Positions 8,370 to 15,715 of a DNA stretch of 15,715 nt are shown one piece after another; position 1 is the first letter of the stretch, and each line of letters opens with the position of its first letter. The notes under the pieces are model-generated. The model searched no databases. It was not told where the DNA came from and saw nothing but the letters and a program-made list of their open reading frames with translations. The stretch lies in NCBI RefSeq assembly GCF_006345805.1, contig NW_021825565.1, positions 1-15,715 on the forward strand. Reading direction: 5' to 3'. The translations under genes were made by a program, and so were the position numbers. Origin of the DNA: Octopus sinensis (lineage: Eukaryota).

Positions 8370-9148
8370 CGTGGTTTGATCAATAATTAGCGAGACTGTT
8401 GCCATAGTAACGTAGCTAAAGCACGCAGAGTAAAGCCGCTAGGCACAGGTTGATCTTGAACTCTGATGTGCATGCGCACTAAGTTTTAATGTTCTAGCTC
8501 TCTTCCGAAGATTACAGCAATGCTTGGAATGAATGGACGTAGCATGTGATCGTCGCATTGATCTTGAGAGAGAAAGTTGAGCAGAGAATCTGCATGACAG
8601 TTTTCCAAAAGCTTGGCGATACCTGCTCAGAGGCCTACGCAAACTTTTCAGAAAGTCTTCATGGTTGTCGACACAATCAAAGAAATCTTGTCTTTTTAGT
8701 CAGCTGAAAGCAGTTTGGGCACAAACTTGGCAGACATGCGTGTCATGCCCAAATCTTCAGTGATAACGGACTGAACTGAACCATAACTAATCTGCACGGA
8801 CGGGGATTCGACGGATTGGATTCCACTCACAGCTGCACGCACATCTACGATGCTTTTCTCAGTTCTGCTGGATTTGTGCCGCCCAAAATGTTCTTCAGTG
8901 TCGTTATTTTTTCGTCTACCTTGGAAACGTCTGAACCACTCGTACACTTGTGTACAGCACATAAACTCCTCTCCATACACTTTCTGCAAATTCGCGTAGG
9001 CCCCTGAGCAACTATCATCATGACAACTTTCTCTCTCAGGGTCAATGCAACGTTGACACGCTACACACCTTCCTTCCAAGCACTGCTGTAAACAGCGGAA
9101 GTGAGTTACAACGTTAAAACTTCATGGATGCAAAGCGAGCTTCGTTAC
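8370..9148. mobile_element. Tc1/mariner (mariner) fold-back remnant: + strand 5' end (8370-8656) fused to - strand 5' portion (9148-8641)
   Basis: TA followed by CGTGGTTTGATCAATAA forms a mariner-like terminus at 8368. 8480-8656 is a diverged inverted copy of ~8978-9123, and both arms encode the transposase N-terminus. Confidence 0.85.
8641..9040 (-). pseudogene. Degenerate mariner transposase N-terminal DNA-binding region (HTH plus WVPHEL-like linker)
   Basis: The translation reads AYANLQKVYGEEFMCCTQVYEWFRRFQ...GR...S.GSVQSVITEDLGMTRMSAKFVPKLLSAD*. In another frame it continues QDFFDCVDNHEDFLKS, just before where the catalytic TGDETW motif would lie. No DD34D domain is present. Confidence 0.9.
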
Positions 9149-9184
9149 CACATATCCATAGTAATATCATTTTCTCATAATTTT

Positions 9185-9902
9185 TTACCTGTTCCAGTCA
9201 TTTAACTGTGGCCATGCTGGACAACAACCTTGAAGAAATTTTTGTAGAAAGATCGATCTCAGTATATATTTTGCTAGCGGCCTACTATTTATTATATCGG
9301 TCTCTTTTTGCCAAACAGCTAGGTTGCATGGACGTAAAGACACCGGCACCGGTTGCCAAGTGGTGGTTGGAGACAAACACAGATACAAAAGCACACGCAT
9401 ATAGATTTATACATATAAATATATATATGTGTATATATATATATGTGCGTGTGTGTATATATATATATTTATTTATATTTTTTTTACTACCCACTAGGGA
9501 CTAAACACAGAAGGGACAAACAAGGACAGACAAACGGATTAAGTCGATTATATCGACCCAGTGCGTTACTGGTGCTTATTTAATCGACCCCGAAAGGATG
9601 AAAAGCAAAATCGACCCCGGCGGAATTTGAACTCAGAACGTAGCGGCAGACGAAATACTGCTAAGTATTTCGCCCGTCATGCTAACGATTCTGCCAGCTC
9701 GCCGCTTTATATGTATATACATATACACACACACACATATATATACGAAAGGCTTCTTTCCGTTTTCATCTACCTAATCCACTCACACGCCATTGGCGTG
9801 CCCAAAGCTGTAGTAGAAGACACTTGCGCAAGGTGTCACACAATGGGACTGAACCAGGAACCATGTGGTTGGGAAGCAAGTTTCTTACCACACTGCCACC
9901 CC
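9185..9902 (-). mobile_element. SINE family A split by a nested insertion (3' half 9185-9397, 5' half 9744-9902)
   Basis: Both halves are in the same orientation and collinear, and are interrupted within the internal TA/CA tract. Confidence 0.8.
9476..9705 (-). mobile_element. Full-length tRNA-derived SINE family B (Meta-domain-like), nested in family A copy
   Basis: The minus strand reads GCGGCGAGCTGGCAGAATCGTTAG (A box) ... GAGTTCAAATTCC (B box) ... TTTCATCCTTTCGGGGTCGATTAAATAAG.ACCAG, which resembles the MetaSINE central domain. Confidence 0.85.
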
Positions 9903-9904
9903 TT

Positions 9905-10360
9905 TATACATACATACATATATATATAAACATACATATATACATACATACACATATATATATATATGTATATATATATACATGTATGTACGTGTGTATA
10001 TGTACAGTATATGAGTATATATATATAAATACACACACATAGACACACAAACACACACAGACATATATATATGCATATATATTTGTGTGTGCATGTGCAC
10101 CGGCGTGCGTGCACAGAATTGCGTATGCATAAATGTACGCATATCTATATATTTCTACGTGTTTTTACGCATTATGCAGACGTTTGTGTTTTGTGTATAT
10201 GCGTCTGTTTGTCTGCGTATAATGCATTGCCAGTATACTGGTATGTTTACACATGCAATCTGCACAAATGAGGTTTGCATTTGTCGGTGTATATATTTAT
10301 ACGTGCGTGTTTATATGTTTAGTTTCCTATGTGTGTATATGTATTTGTGTGTCTCCGAGT
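9905..10360. repeat. Degenerate alternating purine-pyrimidine microsatellite (TA/CA/TG)
   Basis: Directly visible. Confidence 0.8.
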
Positions 10361-10624
10361 GATTGTGTATGTTGAATATATAAATTGACGAAAAAGAATT
10401 TGTACATGCAGAAGAAAACAAACAAACAAAATAATAGAAATAAATAAAAAAACAAGATGGAGCAAACAAGAAGAAATCGGAGAGAGAAAAGTAAACAATG
10501 TAGTGAAAAGAGACGAATGGCATTGAGGAATTTCCATTCAAAGAATGATGTGTGGTAACAAAAGTCTGAGAGAAACGGTTTTAGCCCTCGGGGTTTCAAA
10601 ACTTTGTTAAAGAAACAAGAAATG

Positions 10625-10689
10625 TAAATAAATAAATAAATAATAAATAAATAAATAAATAAAAGAACGAAAGAAAGAAAGAAAGAAAC
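10625..10689. repeat. (AAAT)n and (AAAG)n tetranucleotide repeats
   Basis: Directly visible. Confidence 0.9.
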
Positions 10690-10704
10690 AGTATCAACAC
10701 CAAT

Positions 10705-10848
10705 AACGATGGTGACGGCAATGATGATGGTGATGATGATGATGATGATGAAGACGACGACGATGATGGTCATGATGAAGACGACGATGGTGATGACGAT
10801 GATGTTGAAGACGATGATGATGAAGACAACGACGACGACGACGACGAC

Positions 10849-10886
<38 letters not shown>

Positions 10887-10890
10887 CAAC

Positions 10891-10951
<61 letters not shown>

Positions 10952-11575
10952 TTGACAACGACGATGACGTCTTTTAAATGGACACAAAGGTCCAGTACAT
11001 TGGGAACCGTGCACGGAAGAATTACAAAATAGCACCACCACCACTACCAACACTACCAACACTATTACTCTTTTTCTGATGCTTTCAATGTCGGTGATGA
11101 CGATGATGATGATGATGATGATGATGATGACGACGATGTTGATGATGATGATGCTGTTGATGCTGGTGATTGGGATGATGACGGCGTTGACAAGTATGAT
11201 AGTGAAGAATTTCAAGTTATTTAAATATCGTTGCCTGAGGGTTTACGCCTAATTGTGAAATGGAGTCTCACCTCCAAGCACCACTGCCGACACCACGTCT
11301 GTAGCGATTATCGTCGTCATCGTCGTCGTCGTCTTCGTTGTCATCATTGTTATCATTATCATTATCATCATCATCATCATCATCATCCTCATCCTCATAA
11401 TCATCATCATCATCATCACCATCATCATCATCACCGACATTCCCATCGTTAACATCGTCATTTTCCTCCTCCTTCTCTCCTTCCACTCATCAACATCAAC
11501 GTTACTACAGCCTTCATCAACATTGCCAACGTCACCATCGTCGTCGTCGTCATCATCATCATCATCATCTAAATT

Positions 11576-11606
<31 letters not shown>

Positions 11607-11647
11607 TCATTATTAAATTAGAGACTTTTGCATTGTTATTATTATTA

Positions 11648-11697
<50 letters not shown>

Positions 11698-11769
11698 GAT
11701 GATGATGATGATATTTTTATCATTTCTGTTTTTGTTTTTGTTAATATTATGATTATCATAATCATCGTC

Positions 11770-11806
<37 letters not shown>

Positions 11807-11810
11807 TATT
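10705..11810. repeat. Compound trinucleotide array: (GAT/GAC)n, (ATC/GTC)n, (ATT)n
   Basis: GAT-rich at 10705-10968 and 11095-11185, ATC-rich at 11310-11570 and 11758-11805, ATT-rich at 11572-11697. Confidence 0.95.
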
Positions 11811-12211
11811 TCACCTTTCATTATTTTAAAGAATTCTTTCATTTCATTTACATTTTCTAAAGAAGAAGAAGTATCGTCGGCCATATCTACCTTGTCGCTT
11901 CTTTATAAATTGCAAACGTACGAAACGTAATTCGACTGAGCGCCAAAAATCTATAAGAATCGCATCTATGCCCTCCAGCCATAACGAATTGCAAGTTTCG
12001 TTAACACTTTGGTTATTCTGTTTATTCTCAGGAACGTGACAAGCAAACGTTATTGGTATGAAGATCGCGGATTCTCTCTTAGAATAGAAAACTGCATTTG
12101 AATTTACGAATGCCGTGCTGTAATCCATTCTACGACCAACCAACATCCCCGTCGTAGCTGTCATTGCAGTGCCATATTTTGGCGGAGCCGTTAGAGCTTC
12201 GGACAGATTTC

Positions 12212-12275
12212 CAAACTCACCAACAACGATTGCCAATGGTGGGGGAGAACAAACACAGACAGAAAGCCACGCACA
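12212..12275 (-). mobile_element. SINE family A internal fragment
   Basis: AAACTCACCAACAACGATTGCCAATGGTGGGGGAGAACAAACACAGAC matches 5320-5390 and 13229-13283. Confidence 0.7.
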
Positions 12276-12360
12276 CACTTACACACACGCACATATATAC
12301 ACACACACACACATACACACACACACAAATATATATATATAAACATATATACATATGCAC

Positions 12361-12484
12361 TTTTACTCTTTTACTTGTTTCAGTCATTTCACTGCGGCCA
12401 TGCTAGAGCACCGCCTTTAGTGAAGCATATCGACCCCAGAACTTATTCTTTATGAGCCTAGTACTTATTCTATCTGTCACTTTT

Positions 12485-12523
<39 letters not shown>

Positions 12524-13092
12524 CTCTATATAAACGGCAGTTTGTCTGTGCGTGTTTCTGTGTGTCTGTTTTCTCGTACCCTCACTCTGACCACGGCTTT
12601 CATCCGATTCTGATGAAACTTGAACACACATAGCCCAATGTCATAATTCAAAACTAACGCAGCGAAAATTTTGAAAAGTTCCCCCAGTTCTGAAAAAAAT
12701 CGATAAATTCGACATGGGGTCGAGAATCAGAAACCCAAACCACAGACCGTCTAGGGGACGCAACTCCACCTTTTTTAACTCTCAAAAAAAAATTTACCAT
12801 CATTTTTTTCCAATTTTTTGCTATTTTTTGGCTATACTCTCTAAAAATGCTTATAGTTATTTCCCTTACAACCTGAGCAACGCCGCGTCTGCTAGTATAT
12901 ATATATATATATAGATATATATATATATATACATTATACGACGGGCTTCTTTCAGTTTCCGTCTATCAAATCCGCTTAGGCTTTGGTTGGCCCGAGGCTA
13001 TAGTAGAAGACACTAGCCCAAAATGCCACGCAGTGGGACTGAACCCGGAACCATGAGGTTTGTAAGTAAACTACTTGCCACACAGCCACTCC
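12361..13092 (-). mobile_element. SINE family A pieces (3' part 12361-12485, 5' half 12938-13092) flanking a Helitron insertion
   Basis: The halves are collinear and in the same orientation, separated at the internal microsatellite. Confidence 0.78.
12523..12895 (+). mobile_element. Non-autonomous Helitron (rolling-circle transposon)
   Basis: It starts with TC(TCTATATAAA) after an A and has a GTCTGT-type microsatellite near the 5' end. It ends with a degenerate GC-rich subterminal hairpin (CCTGAGCAACGCCGCG) and CTAG followed by T. The insertion site is A|T inside (TA)n, with no TSD. Confidence 0.82.
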
Positions 13093-13120
13093 ATGATTGC
13101 ACACACACACACACACACTC

Positions 13121-13300
13121 GTTTATTTGTTTCAGTCATTTGACTGCGGCCGCGCTGGAGCTCCGCCTTTAGTCGAACAAATCGACCCCAAGACTTCGCT
13201 TGTGCAGAACCGCAAATTACGGAGACGTAAACAGACCAGCATCGGTCGTCAGGTGATGGTGGGGAGAGGGACAAACACAGACACCCGCGCGCACACGCAC
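13121..13300 (-). mobile_element. SINE family A, 3' half with internal deletion
   Basis: TTTCAGTCATTTGACTGCGGCC...GGGACAAACACAGACAC matches the family 3' half. Confidence 0.85.
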
Positions 13301-13957
13301 ACATATATTATATATATAAATATATACAATAACATACAATAAGATATAATAGTATCTTAATAAATTAATATATTAAGATATATTAAATACATTATAATAT
13401 AAGTGGTTATAGCAATTAGAAACCAAAAAGGTAAAATTAATAAACGAGGGTGTAAATTGGCACCTGATATTCATAGCAAAAAGAGCCCAAATTAACCCAG
13501 AGTAATTGTGGAAACCTCTGACGAAAAATAAGATCATGTTGACCAAATTTCGAAATCACGTAAAATAAGTTTTATCAATTTATTTCATTCTGTAAGTTTA
13601 TCTCGCCAAAGAAAGATGTTGAGGCTTGTTGCTTGCAGTCCCGATCATTTCATGAGGTTGGTGTTTTTGTGTGCTTGTTCGAGTTATATATATATATTCA
13701 ATGCTCGAAAGGAGGAGTAGATAGAAGGCCGACAACTGTCGAAGGGTCGTTCTTTGTGTTGCTTGTCCTGTTTTCCATTTGTTTCTCTCGTTGTTCGCGT
13801 ATTGAACTCATTTACGTTCGCATTTCCTATTGTTTACTGTTTGGTGACGTCCTGTACACATATATGGATGTGTGTGTATGTGTACATATACATATACATA
13901 CATACACACACACACACAAACATATATATTATTTATATTATATATATATATATATCG

Positions 13958-14083
13958 TGGCCCTCCATCGCTTACGACGACAAAGGTTCCAGTTGATCCG
14001 ATCAACGGAACAGCCTGCTCGTAAAATTATCGTGCAAGTGGCCGAGCATTATCACAGCCAGAGGGTACCATTAATGTAGTTCT
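13958..14083 (-). mobile_element. SINE family D 3' fragment
   Basis: ACGACGACAAAGGTTCCAGTTGATCCGATCAACGGAACAGCCTGCTCGT matches 14289-14337. Confidence 0.8.
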
Positions 14084-14130
14084 TTAATGAGGTGCTCCAG
14101 CATGGCCACAGACTGAAACAGTAAAAGAGT
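14084..14130 (+). mobile_element. SINE family A tail fragment
   Basis: TTAATGAGGTGCTCCAGCATGGCC is identical to 687-710. Confidence 0.75.
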
Positions 14131-14191
14131 ATGCATACGTACATACATGGATTTATGGATGGACAGACAAACGGACAGATACGGACAGATA

Positions 14192-14230
<39 letters not shown>

Positions 14231-14274
14231 TAATATATATATATATATGTATGTAATGTATAAGTATAGTGTGT

Positions 14275-14633
14275 GCACTTCGTCGTTTACGACGACGAGG
14301 GTTCCAGTCGAACCGATCAACGGAACAGCCTACTCGTGAAATTAACGTGCACTCCATAGTCACGTGGGTACCCTTAAAATAGTTCTCGAGAGATTCAGTG
14401 TGACACAGAGTGTGAAAAGGCTGGCCCTTTAAAATACAGGTACAACAGAAACAAGAAGAAAGAGTGAGAGGAAGTTGTGTTGAAAGAGTACAACAAGGTT
14501 CGCCACCAACCCCAACAGGAGCCTCATGTAGACTTAGGTGCATTCGCTCAATAAACGTCCGGTCTGGGAATCGAAACCGCGATCCTATGACCGCGAGTCC
14601 GCTGCCCTAACCACTGGGCCGTTGCACCTCCAC
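14275..14633 (-). mobile_element. Near full-length tRNA-derived SINE family D
   Basis: The minus-strand head GTGGAGGTGCAACGGCCCAGTGGTTAGGGCAGCGGACTCGCGGTCATAGGATCGCGGTTTCGATTCCCAGACC has A and B boxes. The tail is shared with 13958-14083. Confidence 0.85.
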
Positions 14634-14908
14634 ATAAATATATAGTCATACAGTGTAGTTATTCACACACTCATACACATATATGTACAACCATATCTAT
14701 ATTTACACATATAGGCATATTGCAAAAATACATATAGTCTGTTAGACAGAGAGACAAACAGACAAACAGACATATATACAGACTGACAGACTGACAGACA
14801 AATGGACCCAATATACAAATCCATAAAAAAAAAATTACTGAATAAAATTCCCTTCATATTTTCTCTCTGATCTGTTCAACCTCAAGCGTCAATTTTTACA
14901 CGGAGTCA

Positions 14909-14983
14909 GTTTCCATGGCAATAGCTTCGATAGTAACCAATAAAATGCCTCAATGACCACAATACATCAGCTTGATTGGCAAC
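14909..14983. promoter_or_regulatory. Candidate RFX X-box / CCAAT motif cluster
   Basis: GTTTCCATGGCAAT (14909-14922), GCTTCGATAGTAAC (14924-14937), CCAAT (14937-14941) and ATTGGCAAC (14975-14983). This is a motif match only. Confidence 0.3.
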
Positions 14984-15116
14984 AGCACCACCATTTCTTT
15001 AATTATGCTTATTTATTTATTTATGCTTTTTTTTTTATTAAATGAGGTTTTTTGCTGTTTTGTTTATTCCTAAATTTTGTTGTTTTGTTTTCGTGTGTTA
15101 TATTTCTTCAGTATCC

Positions 15117-15176
15117 TGGTGCATCAGCATGGCCGCAGCTCTGAGCTGAAACAAGAAAAAAAAAAAAAAAAAAAAA
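15117..15176 (+). mobile_element. SINE family A-like tail fragment with poly(A)
   Basis: GGTGCATCAGCATGGCCGCAGCTCTGAGCTGAAACAAG followed by an A run. Confidence 0.7.
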
Positions 15177-15449
15177 CTCTTCCCTATCTTCCTCTTATCT
15201 GCCCTACCAAGCACTGCCTCAATCTGCTCCCCCGCCTGCTCTTGTTAAAAATTTACCCACAAATACGCCCGGCCTGTACCCTCGTTCCTTTCTATTTCTT
15301 CCCCTTCACTGCTTTCTCCTACGAAGAAACGCTATCTGGGAGGCTGATATGTTTAAGAACCATCTTGAATTCTTCTCTTTATTAATTGCATTCTGTCTTC
15401 CTCTCGTTTTCTGTCTCTTGTGGCCCATTCATTGTGAGTCGCTCTTCAC

Positions 15450-15459
15450 TCGTCTCTAT

Positions 15460-15512
<53 letters not shown>

Positions 15513-15586
15513 TACACACACACATTCTCTTTTGCACTTTCCCCTTCCTTTCTACTCCTCTCTCTCTCTTTCTCTCTCTCTCCTTT

Positions 15587-15617
<31 letters not shown>

Positions 15618-15715
15618 TACTTTCATTGTATTGCTATTGCTTGCATACACTTTTCTCTCCCTCTCACGCACACACTTTTCTTTCTCTGTCTCTCTCTCTC
15701 TGTCTCTCTCTCCTT
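15450..15715. repeat. (CT)n / polypyrimidine tract with short (CA)n
   Basis: Directly visible. Confidence 0.92.

Noticed and set aside
8696-9079. Functional transposase or domesticated gene
   Set aside because: It has internal deletions, a stop right after FVPKLLSAD, no ATG start and no catalytic domain.
10694-11486. Poly-His, poly-Met, poly-Ser and poly-Asp ORFs (resembling His-rich beak, reflectin or acidic shell proteins)
   Set aside because: These are translations of (GAT)/(ATC) microsatellite that are open in several frames. There are no reflectin or other family motifs and no supported gene structure.
12610-12622. CTGATGAAAC hammerhead-like core
   Set aside because: There is no stem II between the core and GAAA; it is internal Helitron sequence.
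14560-14633. tRNA-like sequence on the minus strand (also heads at 336, 748, 5617, 9705)
   Set aside because: Each continues into a SINE body and lacks a complete acceptor stem, so these are SINE heads rather than tRNA genes.

Overview
This window is AT-rich, repeat-dominated eukaryotic non-coding DNA, either intronic or intergenic. The repeat repertoire strongly suggests an Octopus (cephalopod) genome, which is an inference from recognising the SINE families. No intact protein-coding gene is supported, and nearly all ORFs in the track are translations of microsatellites or SINEs. The window holds about 20 copies or fragments of at least four tRNA-derived SINE families, a decayed mariner transposase arranged as a fold-back element, a non-autonomous Helitron, a ~707 bp tandem duplication and many di-, tri- and tetranucleotide microsatellites. 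The most interesting part is 3657-5062. It contains consecutive modules separated by (TA)n tracts, three of which are long inverted repeats (one a spacerless ~181 bp palindrome), and it carries minimal type I hammerhead ribozyme-like motifs of the kind associated with Penelope-like elements. Weaker signals are a possible 33 nt microexon, a unique island near 11.85-12.2 kb and an RFX X-box/CCAAT cluster near 14.9 kb.
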